The notes: a model not told the origin generated them from the sequence alone. A stretch of 64,000 nt of DNA from an uncultured Acidobacteriaceae bacterium (GCA_963827005.1 CAWGZD010000007.1:1161837-1225836), one strand, 5' to 3'. Numbered from the stretch's first letter, positions 48,273 through 58,498 are shown. Numbers and translations: made by a program.

Positions 48273-48725
48273 ATGACTTATGCGGCTTTTGCCAGAGTGT
48301 CGGCTGTCCTGGTTATTCTCTCGGCGGCGGGTTTAGGGCAAGAAGCGCAAAGCCAGCCTGTCACGGACGGTCATTTCACCGTCGCGGTGAAAGACTTTCA
48401 AGATTTTGCGTTCACGGTGGGCGAGGGCGTGAAGGACATTCAGCTGTCTGGCCATTTCAAGGCAACGGGCGGCAGAGCGAACCTGATTTATGTGGTCGTG
48501 ATGACGGATGAGCAATTTACTCGATGGCAGAAAGCACATGATGCGCCGGTTACTCCGAAAAACGGCGGTGCGCTTTATAACAGCGGGGCCGTGTCACAGG
48601 GGAATATCCAATTGAGCGTGCCCAATGCTCCTGCTAATTACCATGTCGTTTTTAACAACTCGAACTTTCCTTATCCCAAGAGCGTTGAAACAGACTTGAC
48701 TTGGCAATGGCATGAGGTGCAGTAG
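48273..48725 (+). CDS. small secreted hypothetical protein (150 aa)
   Basis: RBS GGAGGG, signal AFARVSAVLVILSAAGLGQEAQ, and an intact ORF. The sequence looks beta-rich and I recognise no family. Confidence 0.6.
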   Translation: MTYAAFARVSAVLVILSAAGLGQEAQSQPVTDGHFTVAVKDFQDFAFTVGEGVKDIQLSGHFKATGGRANLIYVVVMTDEQFTRWQKAHDAPVTPKNGGALYNSGAVSQGNIQLSVPNAPANYHVVFNNSNFPYPKSVETDLTWQWHEVQ

Positions 48726-48734
48726 TGCTGGTGT

Positions 48735-48875
48735 TCGAGATCCCACGGGGTTGAGAGCTGTGGGGGCACGGCGAACAGCAGGTTCCTCCGCTGCGCCGTC
48801 GCTGGCGCTCCCGCTCCGGTCGGAATGACAGAATTAAATGGGAAATCTGGGGATCGGGGCACAAACCGGTTCTGC
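48735..48875 (+). repeat. solo, internally deleted copy of the 47.3-48.2 kb repeat unit
   Basis: cccacggggttgagagctgtggg..cagcaggttcctccgctgcgccgtcgctggcgctcccgctccggtcggaatgaca..ggggcacaaaccgg. Confidence 0.6.
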
Positions 48876-48956
48876 CCGCCGCCACGCAATCGCTGCGAGG
48901 GACAACAAAGAAAAAGGGCCGCTGGCATTTCGCCGGCGGCCCCTGCCCCCTGCAAA

Positions 48957-49412
48957 CTACCACATCAGAGTAACGACGCCGGACATCGCGATCGTGTTGG
49001 CGTTGTGAATGATGAAGGTGTCGGTGCTGGCAACCTCGATATCAACCAGATGGCTGTAATCGATGTAGACAATGTGGGTGCCGGACGTGCCGCTGAAGCC
49101 TGAGGTGATGGCGGCTGAGGCGGGCGATTCGATTCCTGACCACTCGAGGAAGCTGGAAGGTACGCGCAGCAGGGATACGTGCCCGACTCCGCGATAGCCG
49201 AGATTATTTTGCACGCCCATCACCAGCACAGGAACGCTTTCTGCGGGGGTTACTGCGGCGCTGGAAGCTCCTGCAGCGAGGTTGTAAGCGACCTTTGCGG
49301 CGTTCGGAACGGTAAGGGCTTGCGTGGCATGCATGGAGAGAGTCAGTGCCACGGTGGCCACGACCACGGCTACAAGCAACTTTGATACGCGGGACAATCT
49401 TGAGTTTTTCAT
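48957..49412 (-). CDS. small secreted hypothetical protein (151 aa)
   Basis: RBS GGAGGGATCCCAA-ATG, signal LLVAVVVATVALTLSMHA, and an intact ORF. No family recognised. Confidence 0.6.
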   Translation of the reverse strand: MKNSRLSRVSKLLVAVVVATVALTLSMHATQALTVPNAAKVAYNLAAGASSAAVTPAESVPVLVMGVQNNLGYRGVGHVSLLRVPSSFLEWSGIESPASAAITSGFSGTSGTHIVYIDYSHLVDIEVASTDTFIIHNANTIAMSGVVTLMW

Positions 49413-49607
49413 TTGGGATCCCTCCTGGGAGTGATTCGAGTTGGCCCTGATATGTATTCAGGGGAAAAGACGAAGTTGCTCACGTTCCGGTGAACTTTCG
49501 TCGGCTATGGTTTTGGTGGCTCCTGCCGGTTTATTTTTTTGATCTCCGTTGCCACACGCCCCTTTTCTGCGAGAACTTTTTTTGGAGAGAAATCTACGGT
49601 CTGGCGC

Positions 49608-49955
49608 TCAACCCTTCAGGGCCATCGCCAGCGTTCGCCGGTAGTAAACGCCTAGAGCTACTGCACCTCCAAGGGTGAGAAGGCCGGAAGCGGCCTGCAT
49701 CCAGCGCTCACGGCGCACCAGGACGTCCGGCTGCAGCGTGGCGGTCTGCGCATTGCTGATCGGCGGCATCACGAACGTGTTATTTTCAATCTTCAAACGC
49801 GGCGCCGCGAACTGCACCAGCAACCCCACCGCAAATATTCCCCAAAGGCACAGCGCGAGGCTGTACTGCCGCACTCTGAGGAACCGGCTTTCGATGGGTG
49901 CATCTTTTGGATTGGTCACGGATGAGTTCCTTTCATTGCGGATGGTTCGTTGCAT
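49608..49955 (-). CDS. hypothetical two-TM membrane protein (115 aa)
   Basis: Two hydrophobic spans (LALCLWGIFAVGLLVQFAA and AASGLLTLGGAVALGVYY). There is no clear RBS, so the start is uncertain. Confidence 0.4.
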   Translation of the reverse strand: MQRTIRNERNSSVTNPKDAPIESRFLRVRQYSLALCLWGIFAVGLLVQFAAPRLKIENNTFVMPPISNAQTATLQPDVLVRRERWMQAASGLLTLGGAVALGVYYRRTLAMALKG

Positions 49956-50027
49956 ATGGTCTAAAATCTAGAGCCCAAAGGCTTCGATCACGGGTTCTGG
50001 AGGTCTGGGTGAAAGTCGGGTTAGTGT

Positions 50028-50149
50028 TGCAGTTTGGTAAGGAAGCGAGCCAAACGCGCGATTATTGCGTCGCAAAGGATGCGACGCACTGCACGGCTCG
50101 CCCGGATCCTTCGCTGCGCAAAAAGCGCTTGCTCAGGATGACAATCAAA
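50028..50149 (+). repeat. 122-nt dispersed element, copy B
   Basis: tgcagtttggtaaggaagcgagcc..tgcgtcgcaaaggatgcgacgca..ggatccttcgctgcgcaaaaagcgcttgctcaggatgacaatcaaa. It has the same orientation and length as 36994-37115. Confidence 0.8.
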
Positions 50150-50306
50150 CTACGCCACTACTTGACTCAATACCCCGGTTGAATGGCGTGCTAAACTCTC
50201 GTACGTTGTAAGCTCCGCTTCCCCGGCGGAAGGACGTTAGCGCTGGAACCAAAAAAAGTCCTTAAATCGCCCGTCAGAGATTCTAAAAAGTTCTCAAACG
50301 GAAGTT

Positions 50307-52229
50307 ATGTCGTTGATGCAGGGTGAGATATACGAATTCGGCGATTTTTGCCTGGAAGTGCAGCAACGAGTTTTGCGGCGGGGACAAAATCTTGTTCCGC
50401 TGACCCAAAAGGCATTTGAAGTACTGCTGCAACTGGTGCGCAGCGAGGGGAAGCCGGTCTCGCGCGACGAGCTGATGAATGCCGTGTGGGGAGATAGTTT
50501 TGTTGAAGAATCGAACCTGACGCAGACGATTTTTATGCTGCGCAAGGTGTTGGGGGACAGCCGGGAACAGCCGTACATCCTCACGATTCAGGGCAAGGGT
50601 TACAGATTTGTGCGGGCGGTGAAAGAAGTTGGCGCCGCTCCGGTACCGCCGGCCGCCGGGGAGGCTGATTCAGTTCCCGCGGGGTTGGGGGCGGCGAACG
50701 GAAAGCCTCCGCAGCCGGAAATCCTCAGGCGAACGGGTTCTGTTATCCGGCTGCTGGCTCTGGCAGCGCTGGCTTTGCTGGCGGTGGCTGGCTTCCTGTG
50801 GTTTCGTTCGCGGCATAATTTCCAGGCGGCGTCTCAGCCGGCGGGCCGCCTGATGCTGGCCGTTCTTCCCTTTGAAAACTTAACCGGCGACGCCGGCCAG
50901 GAATATTTCAGTGATGGTATGACCGAGGAAATGATCACGCAGCTCGGTCGCGTGGACCCGTCGCGGCTGGGAGTGATCGCGCGGACTTCGGTGATGCAGT
51001 ACAAGAAACCTCCGAAGGGACTCACCGAGGTGGGGCAGGAACTGGGCGTGCAGTATGTATTGGAGGGCAGCGTCCGGCGTGAGGGCGAGAGAATCAGAGT
51101 TACGGCGCAGCTGATCCAGTTGAAAGACCAGACTCACCTGTGGGCGCAGGAGTATGACCGCGAACTCAAGGACCTGCTCGTGGTGCAGGGGGATATTTCG
51201 CGCGAGATCGCTTCGGCAATCGAGCGTACGCTGGGGGCTGCGCCGGCGAATTTTCCTGCGAGCCCGGCTATGTCTCCGCAGCGCTACGAGGCGTATGACC
51301 TGTACTTGAAGGGGCTGTTTTTTTGGAACAAGAGGACTGACGACGGCTTCGGGCGGGCGATCCATTATTTTCAGCTGGCTACTGAGAAAGATCCGGGGTA
51401 TGCGCCTGCCTATGCTTTGCTGGCGGATGCCTATGCCATGCAGGGCGCCTACAGTTCTGCGCCGTCGGGAGAATACGTGGCCAAAGCGCGGGCTGCGGCA
51501 ATGCGGGCGGTTGAGCTGGACGATCGTTCGGCGGAAGCGCACACGGCGCTGGCGCTGATCACGCAAAATCACGACTACGACTGGGAAACCTCGGAGCGCG
51601 AGTTTCGTCGCGCCATCGAGCTGAACCGCGGTTATGCCACGGCCCACCACTGGTATGCGGAACACCTGATGTGGGAGGGCCGATTTGACGAGGCGCTGGC
51701 CGAGAGCAAGGAGGCGCAGCAACTGGATCCTATGTCGTTGATTATTGCCGTCGACAAAGGCTACATCTTGTATTGCGCACGCCGCTACGACGAGGCGCTC
51801 CAGCAGTTTCGCTCCGTGCTGGATTTGGATCCGAACTTTTCCCGCAGCAACCTCATCGACATGGTGTACGTGCAGAAGGGAATGTTCCCCGAGATTTACG
51901 CCACGCTGGATTCCGAGCCAGCCGTGGATGCCGCCTGGTACTGGTCGAGGGCCGCCTACCTGTACGGGCGCGGAGGACGCAGGCAACAAGCGAATCATGC
52001 CCTGCAGAAGCTGAAGGAGTTGAATCAGGAGCAACTGCTCGATCCCATGATGATGGTGCCGGCTTCTGTGGGTACGGGTAACAATGAGGAAGCCATCGCA
52101 TGGCTCGAAAAAGCCTACGCGCAACGCTCGAATAAGATGGTCAGCATCAAAGTGGATCCGACTTACGACCCGCTGCGGAAGGACCAGCGATTCCGGGACA
52201 TGCTGCGCAGGGTGGGACTGGATCAATAG
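50307..52229 (+). CDS. CadC/OmpR-type winged-helix transcriptional regulator with TM segment, TolB-N-like module and TPR domain
   Basis: trans_reg_C: FGDFCLEVQQRVLRRGQNLVPLTQKAFEVLLQLV..VSRDELMNAVWGDSFVEESNLTQTIFMLRKVLG..IQGKGYRF. The TM is LLALAALALLAVAGFLWF. Next is LAVLPFENLTGDAGQEYFSDGMTEEMI, followed by TPRs. Confidence 0.8.
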   Translation: MSLMQGEIYEFGDFCLEVQQRVLRRGQNLVPLTQKAFEVLLQLVRSEGKPVSRDELMNAVWGDSFVEESNLTQTIFMLRKVLGDSREQPYILTIQGKGYRFVRAVKEVGAAPVPPAAGEADSVPAGLGAANGKPPQPEILRRTGSVIRLLALAALALLAVAGFLWFRSRHNFQAASQPAGRLMLAVLPFENLTGDAGQEYFSDGMTEEMITQLGRVDPSRLGVIARTSVMQYKKPPKGLTEVGQELGVQYVLEGSVRREGERIRVTAQLIQLKDQTHLWAQEYDRELKDLLVVQGDISREIASAIERTLGAAPANFPASPAMSPQRYEAYDLYLKGLFFWNKRTDDGFGRAIHYFQLATEKDPGYAPAYALLADAYAMQGAYSSAPSGEYVAKARAAAMRAVELDDRSAEAHTALALITQNHDYDWETSEREFRRAIELNRGYATAHHWYAEHLMWEGRFDEALAESKEAQQLDPMSLIIAVDKGYILYCARRYDEALQQFRSVLDLDPNFSRSNLIDMVYVQKGMFPEIYATLDSEPAVDAAWYWSRAAYLYGRGGRRQQANHALQKLKELNQEQLLDPMMMVPASVGTGNNEEAIAWLEKAYAQRSNKMVSIKVDPTYDPLRKDQRFRDMLRRVGLDQ

Positions 52230-52242
52230 ATAAGGAGGCATC

Positions 52243-52425
52243 ATGGAATTTGTCATGTTTGAGGATGTGGACGGGCTGGAAGTTTTTGTGAACCCGGAAC
52301 GGGTGATCTGGGTGAGGGAGCACTCCAATCAAACAACAATCATCAGCTGCGGGCACGACGACAAGTTCGCCGTGCGCCTGGCTCCGGCGCATGCGGTTGC
52401 TGCGTTGGGCAAGACGGCTCGCTAG
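52243..52425 (+). CDS. small hypothetical protein (60 aa)
   Basis: Strong RBS AAGGAGGcatc-ATG, 13 nt after the regulator stop. The protein is MEFVMFEDVDGLEVFVNPERVIWVREHSNQTTIISCGHDDKFAVRLAPAHAVAALGKTAR. Confidence 0.5.
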   Translation: MEFVMFEDVDGLEVFVNPERVIWVREHSNQTTIISCGHDDKFAVRLAPAHAVAALGKTAR

Positions 52426-52577
52426 AGCGACTGCTTGACGGCGGAATATGAGAATCGTTCTCGCGCCGACTTTCTGCACATTGATTTTTTCGAGCTTGAT
52501 TTTCTCCAGCTTGATTTTCTCGAGCCCGACGCGCGGTTTCGTTGACTTGGGGGTTTCAGCAACGTAGGATTCTGCGA

Positions 52578-55294
52578 GTGATCGGGCGGACCATCTCGCA
52601 TTACCGGATTGTGGAAAAACTCGGCGGCGGCGGGATGGGCGTCGTCTACAAGGCGGAAGACACGCGGCTGCACCGGTTTGTTGCGCTGAAGTTCTTGCCC
52701 GAGGAAGTTGCCCGAAACGCCCAGTCCCTGGCCCGTTTTCAGGTGGAAGCGCAGGCGGCCTCGGCGCTGAATCATCCCAACATTTGCACGGTCTATGACA
52801 TTGGCGGGCAGCAGGGCGAAGCCTTCATCGCCATGGAGTTTCTGGACGGGCTTCCGCTGAAGCATCGTATTGCGGGGCGGCCGATGGAAATTGGGACGCT
52901 GTTGCCGCTGGCAATCGAGATTGCCGACGCGCTCGACGCGGCTCACACGCACGGCATTATTCATCGCGACATTAATCCGACAAACATTTTTGTCACCAAG
53001 CGGGGACACGCCAAGATTCTGGATTTCGGACTGGCGAAGCTGACGGTCGACGACCAGGCTCATGTGAGCGGCGGTACATTCGGGGGCGTCACGCATTCGC
53101 CAGAGGACCTTACGCGGCCGGGATCCGCGCTGGGAACGGTTCCTTATATGTCTCCGGAGCAGGCGCTGGGGCGGCCGCTCGACTCGCGCACCGACCTGTT
53201 TTCTTTTGGCGTGGTGCTCTATGAGATGGCGACCGGAGTGCTGCCCTTCCAGGGACAAACATCGGCCGCATTTTTCGATTCTCTGATTCACAGCGTGCCC
53301 GAGTGGCCGCTGCGATTCGATGCGGCGACGCCTGCGGAACTTGAACGCATGGTGAGGAAGGCGCTGGAAAAAGATCCGGGACAGCGCTATCAAAGCGCGG
53401 CCGAGATGCGGGTGGATTTCCAGCGCCTGCAGCGGGGGCTGGGGCTGGGGAAGGCTCGGGTGGCATATCGGCTGCGAGGCCGGCCGTGCCGGACTCGAAG
53501 GAAAGAATCCGGGCCTTGTTTGCTACGGCTCACACCCCCGTTGCGGTTCACCCGAAAGCGAAGATCGCACCGTGGCTAGCGGCGGGCGTCGGTTGCCGCG
53601 GCTGCGGTGGTTGGTGGGCTGCTGTGGGTGAGATCGCCGGAGCCCGCGCCGGTGGTGGTTTCGTCGATGCAGATTACTAACGATGGAGCTTCGAAGCGGT
53701 CGCTGGCCACGGACGGCACGCGGGTGTACTTTTCCGAATATCTGAGTGGACACTCGGTGCTGCGGCAAGTTTCGGCCTCGGGGGGAGAAACGGCGCCGCT
53801 GCCGATCGCGCCGGCGAGCGCCGACATTTACGACTTCTACGCGGGCCGTTCTGAATTGCTGGTGAAAGGCGTGGCGGAAGGTTCGGAAACGGAATGGCCG
53901 GTGTGGGTGCTGCCGGTCCCGGCAGGGTCGTTGCGGCCGGTGGGAAGCATTCTGGCACATGCGGCGGTGTGGGCTCCGGATGGGCAGCGCATCGTATATG
54001 CCAGGCAGTCAAGTTTGTACACGTGCAATTCCGACGGAAGCGATTCGCGGGAGCTTCTGGCGGTAAAGGGCATTCCTTTTGCGCCGCGATTTTCTCCGGA
54101 CGGCCGCCGGTTGCGTTTCACGATTCGGGATACGAACCAGCGCACGTCTTCGTTGTGGGAGGTTTCAGCGGAGGGCAAGGGTTTGCATCCGATATTGGCG
54201 GAGTGGAACAAACCGCCGCAAGAGTTTGGCGGGGCCTGGAGCGCAAATGGAAAATACTTTCTGTTTGACTTGACTCGCGATCACACGCAAAACATCTGGG
54301 CCTTGCGCGATGGTGAGTCTTTGTTTCACAAAGCAAGCACGGCGCCGACGCAGTTGACGGTGGGGCCGCTGTTGTTCAGCAATCCGACTCCGAGCCCGGA
54401 TGGAAAGAAGTTGTTCGTGATTGGGCAGCAGCGGCGGTTCGATCTGGTTCGGCTGGAGGGAAAAGCGGAGCAGTTCTCGGTATATCTTCCCGGCGTGTCG
54501 GCGGGCGAGGCCGATATTCTGGGCAACGGCGAATGGGTAACTTATGTAGCGCATCCGGAACTCACGCTGTGGCGAAGCAAGCCGGACGGAAGTTCGCGGA
54601 TGCAATTGACGTATGCGCCGATGCAGGCGCACATGCCGCGCTGGTCGCCGGATGGAACCCAGATCGCGTTTATGGGATCGCGTCCGGGAAAGCCGTGGAA
54701 GATTTTTGTGATTGCAGCAGAAGGCGGCACGCCGCGGGAAGTGACCGCGGGCGACCATAATCAGGGCGACCGCAATCAAGGCGATCCGACCTGGACGCCC
54801 GAAGGCGATTCGATTGTGTTTGCGGGGATGCCGTGGCTGGAATACGGGGCCGCGGCCGGGCCCAATATTCACGTCGCTGATTTGAAGACTTCGGAAATCT
54901 CGGATCTGCCGGACTCGGAAAACTCTTTTCAGCCCTCGGGTTTCGCCGGATGGGCGCTACGTGGCGGCGCTTTCGGCAGACTCGACGAAGCTGATGCTTT
55001 ACGACGTGGAGAAAAGAAACTGGATGCAGCTTGCGGTTTCGCGATTCGGTTTTGAAAACTGGTCGCGCGACGGCAAGTATCTTTATGCGGAAGATTATTC
55101 CGACAAGAGTCGATGACATTGTGCGCGTGAGTGTCCCGAGCGGAAAAGTGGAAGGACTGCTCAGCCTGAAGGAAATTCCACGAGGGTTTGATCCGTGGGA
55201 GTTCTGGGTAGGGCTGGCGCCCGATGACTCGCCGCTGCTGATGCGGGATCGCAGCACGCAGGAAATTTATAGTTTGGATGTGCGTTCGCCGTAG
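52578..55294 (+). CDS. Ser/Thr kinase-like domain fused to TolB-like PD40 beta-propeller, about 3 frameshifts
   Basis: [42 protein letters not shown] (Asn where the catalytic-loop Lys is expected), DFGLAK, and YMSPEQ. The propeller has [20 protein letters not shown], and [10 protein letters not shown]. Pieces are 52542-53579, 53607-55055 and 55031-55294. Confidence 0.8.
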
Positions 55295-55337
55295 AGCCGA
55301 TGCTTGCTCGATCTGCGCTCGGCTTAAGCTCGATCTG

Positions 55338-55958
55338 CTATTTCGCTTTGTTCAGAAGCGCCAGTGCCTGGTCTGTGGTGATGAATTTTGCACCGAGAGC
55401 CTGGAGCTCAGCAGCGGTCCGTTCTCCATCTGCGGCCGTCAGCGTTTCAATTGCGTCCTCAACTACGAAAACGCGGCGGCCGCGATCGAGCAATCCCTTG
55501 GCCGCGAAGCGGACGCAGTATTCCGTGACCACGCCGAAGACGACGAATTCTGCGTCATCCCCCAATCGCTTCACGAGGTCCGCAGCATGCCGGCTTTCAA
55601 AAATGTCGAGCGTCTGTTTCTCGAGGAGAATCTGCTGGTATTGCGACAGGTCTTGCGGCAGCGAGGCCGTTGGTTCATTCGGTACGGTGACAACTTTCCC
55701 CGTGAGTGCCTCGGAAACATATGCGGAACCGGCGGTGCCTTCGATGCAGTGCGGCGGAAAGGTTTTGAACTCGGGATCATCTTTCGTGTGGTAGCAACCG
55801 TGGGAAACCAGAAAGACGCGGCCCTGGCGGGCGGCGTCGGTGAGCCGGCGAATGTTCGGAAGCAGGCGTTCGGCGCCGGGCACGTAGAGTTTGCCGCCGG
55901 GGAGCATGAAGTCCGCCTGCGTATCGACTTCCCAGAAAACGAGATTGCGAGATACCAT
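55338..55958 (-). CDS. isochorismatase-family cysteine hydrolase, nicotinamidase (PncA)-like
   Basis: MVSRNLVFWEVDTQADF (catalytic Asp region), FPPHCIEGTAGS (compare PncA WPxHCV..T.GA), and VVFGVVTEYCVRF (nucleophile Cys). Confidence 0.65.
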   Translation of the reverse strand: MVSRNLVFWEVDTQADFMLPGGKLYVPGAERLLPNIRRLTDAARQGRVFLVSHGCYHTKDDPEFKTFPPHCIEGTAGSAYVSEALTGKVVTVPNEPTASLPQDLSQYQQILLEKQTLDIFESRHAADLVKRLGDDAEFVVFGVVTEYCVRFAAKGLLDRGRRVFVVEDAIETLTAADGERTAAELQALGAKFITTDQALALLNKAK

Positions 55959-56057
55959 TGCCGTTCCGCCTGACCGCCGTGGTCGTGGTGAGAACAAGCT
56001 TATAACATTCTTTGCGGATGGCGGGGATTCCGTGAAACTCAACCTTGAGGTGTTCCG

Positions 56058-57224
56058 ATGGCACGGCTTCTGATTCGTAATATCGGTTTGATGCTAAGCG
56101 GTGATCTGAAGAATCCGATGCTCGATGCCGACGCCGTGCTCGCCGTGGACGGGAAAATTTCCGCCGTCGGCAAAGAGAAAGAGATCGACGTGGAGGGGGC
56201 GACGCTCGTGATCGACGCCAAGGGCACGACTCTGGCTCCGGGATTGATCGACAGCCACGTGCATCCGGTGGCGGGCGATTGGACGCCGCGGCAGAACCAG
56301 ATTGGCTGGATCGACAGTTATCTGCATGGTGGAGTGACCAGCATGATTTCCGCAGGGGAAGTGCACACTCCCGGAAGACCGAAGGATGTGGTTGGATTGA
56401 AGGCGATGGCGATCTTTGCCCAGCGCGCCTTTTCAGCCTTTCGCCCCGGCGGCGTGAGAATTTATGCGGGCGCTCCGGTGATCGAACATGGAATGGTTGA
56501 GGAAGATTTCAAGGATCTGGCTGCCGCCGGAGTGAGCATGCTCGGGGAAGTTGGCCTGGGCAGCGTGAAGGATGGGGCGACGGCGCGCCAGATGGTCGCG
56601 TGGGCGCGGAAGTACGGCTTGCAAAGTACGATTCATACTGGCGGGCCTTCGATTCCTGGCTCCAGCTTGATCGATAAAGATATTGTGCTCGCGGCCGACG
56701 CCGATGTGATCGGCCACATCAATGGCGGCCACACTGCTCTGCCGGATGAGCAGATCGTTGCGCTGTGCGAGCAATCACCGCGAGCTCTAGAGTTGGTGCA
56801 CAACGGAAACGAAAAGGCGGCGCTGCTTACGTTGCGGACCGCAAAAGAATTAAGGAAGCTTGATCGGGTGATCCTGGGCACGGATTCGCCTGCGGGGTCA
56901 GGAGTGCAGCCGCTTGGGATCCTGCGCATGATCTCGACGCTGTCGTCTCTTGGGGATGTGCCGGCCGAAGTTGCCGTCTGTCTGGCTACGGGCAACACCG
57001 CACGGATCCGAAATCTTGATTGCGGAATGATCGAGCCCGGCCGCGCCGCGACCTTTGTGATGATCGACAAGGCTCAGCACTCGCCGGGAAGGACGGTACT
57101 GGAAAGCATTCAACGCGGAGACTTGCCGGGCATCGGGATGGTCATCATCGACGGTATGGTCAGCGCGCAACGCAGCCGCAACACGCCACCGGCAACAATG
57201 GCGCCGGAAATCGTACGGCAGTGA
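56058..57224 (+). CDS. amidohydrolase-superfamily protein, enamidase-like
   Basis: IRNIGLMLSGDL..PGLIDSHVHP (metal His pair), HTGGPSIPGSS, GHINGGHTA, and a C-terminal SRNTPPA. The length (388 aa) and these blocks match what I recall of the enamidase family. Confidence 0.6.
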   Translation: MARLLIRNIGLMLSGDLKNPMLDADAVLAVDGKISAVGKEKEIDVEGATLVIDAKGTTLAPGLIDSHVHPVAGDWTPRQNQIGWIDSYLHGGVTSMISAGEVHTPGRPKDVVGLKAMAIFAQRAFSAFRPGGVRIYAGAPVIEHGMVEEDFKDLAAAGVSMLGEVGLGSVKDGATARQMVAWARKYGLQSTIHTGGPSIPGSSLIDKDIVLAADADVIGHINGGHTALPDEQIVALCEQSPRALELVHNGNEKAALLTLRTAKELRKLDRVILGTDSPAGSGVQPLGILRMISTLSSLGDVPAEVAVCLATGNTARIRNLDCGMIEPGRAATFVMIDKAQHSPGRTVLESIQRGDLPGIGMVIIDGMVSAQRSRNTPPATMAPEIVRQ

Positions 57225-57244
57225 AATTGTGGATAGCGCCGACG

Positions 57245-58498
57245 CTACTTTGGCATGACTACGACTTCATCCTTCGGTATGGCGTCGAGCGTTGCCTTAT
57301 CGATGCCCAGGTGGGCAATGACCAGCTCCGGAGGCGTATGCGTGAGCCACTCTGAGAGCGCGAGGTCTTGATACAGGTTGCTCTTGAACATCTCCAGAAA
57401 CTTCAGATCGGTGTCGCCCGTGTTCTCGACGTAGTGGGGCAGCGTCTTCTGGACGTAGCCCACGTCTCCGGCTTGAAAGTCCATGGTGCGGGCGCGGCCT
57501 CCGGTAGCGAACACAGTCATTCGTCCCGTACCGCTGATGTAGTACTGCCATTCATCTGCGTTGGGGTGCCAGTGTAGTTCGCGAATGCCTCCGGGGTGGA
57601 CGGTGACAATGGCCGCGGCGATCGTCGTGGATATTTTGAATTTGCTCGAATCGACGATCTTCACCTCGCCGCCCTTGGTGCGCTTGGTGACGGTTTGATC
57701 GGCGGCGCGAAACGCGAAATCTTGCGGCGACAAGCCACGCGTGCCTGCAGAAATCTTCTGATCCTCAGCCAGAGAACCGGGGACCGCGGCCTGGAAGATA
57801 AATTTCTCTTTCCGCGGCATCTTCTCCATAGCCTGCTCGCTCACGCCAAAGTTTTTCGAGAGTACGTCGTGAGGAGTGTGCGCCATCCAGTCGGTGAGCA
57901 GCACGGTCTCGTATTCCGAGAAATTGCCGTCGTCGAACACCAGCAGAAATTCACAACCATCGGGGTTCAGACCCTGGATGGAATGCGGAATTCCCGGGGG
58001 AAAATACCAGAGGTCGCCTTCTGTTACGTCGGCCACGAAACTCTTGCCGTCGGCATCGAGCCCCGTGATTCGCGCGTTTCCATAGAGCATGATGGACCAT
58101 TCGGCAGCCGTGTGCCAGTGCAGTTCTCGAATGCCTCCCGCGGTCAATCTCATGTCCACGCCGGCGATCGACTTGGAAACCGCAAGCTCGCGGACCGTAA
58201 CCTCGCGCGACCATCCCCCCTCCTGCATGCGTTTGTGAGAGAGCGCGAAAGGATACTTGAAGGTCTGCACGCCGCCTGCGTCCGTGGGCGGCGGCAAGAA
58301 GGAATCCGGATTCTGGGCGTCGAGCGGGGGATTGCCGGGGCCGGGCGCGCTCGCACTGCGATCGTTCTTCGTCGGGTAGGGCTTCTGCTCTTGCGCCGCG
58401 GCATCGGCCGATAGCACGCCGGCAGCCGCTAGCGCCGCCGAACTCATTCCCAGGAATCCACGGCGCGAAAAGGTGTCTCGGTTGGCATCATCACTCAT
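57245..58498 (-). CDS. Tat-exported bicupin, oxalate decarboxylase/oxidase family
   Basis: Tat motif SRRGFLGMSSAALAAAGVL, and two cupin motifs: RELHWHTAAEWSIMLYGNARIT and RELHWHPNADEWQYYISGTGRMTVF. Confidence 0.8.
   Translation of the reverse strand: MSDDANRDTFSRRGFLGMSSAALAAAGVLSADAAAQEQKPYPTKNDRSASAPGPGNPPLDAQNPDSFLPPPTDAGGVQTFKYPFALSHKRMQEGGWSREVTVRELAVSKSIAGVDMRLTAGGIRELHWHTAAEWSIMLYGNARITGLDADGKSFVADVTEGDLWYFPPGIPHSIQGLNPDGCEFLLVFDDGNFSEYETVLLTDWMAHTPHDVLSKNFGVSEQAMEKMPRKEKFIFQAAVPGSLAEDQKISAGTRGLSPQDFAFRAADQTVTKRTKGGEVKIVDSSKFKISTTIAAAIVTVHPGGIRELHWHPNADEWQYYISGTGRMTVFATGGRARTMDFQAGDVGYVQKTLPHYVENTGDTDLKFLEMFKSNLYQDLALSEWLTHTPPELVIAHLGIDKATLDAIPKDEVVVMPK

Noticed and set aside
50880-52328. 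482-aa ORF antisense to the CadC-like regulator
   Set aside because: It is a shadow ORF. The winged-helix and TPR motifs are on the plus strand.
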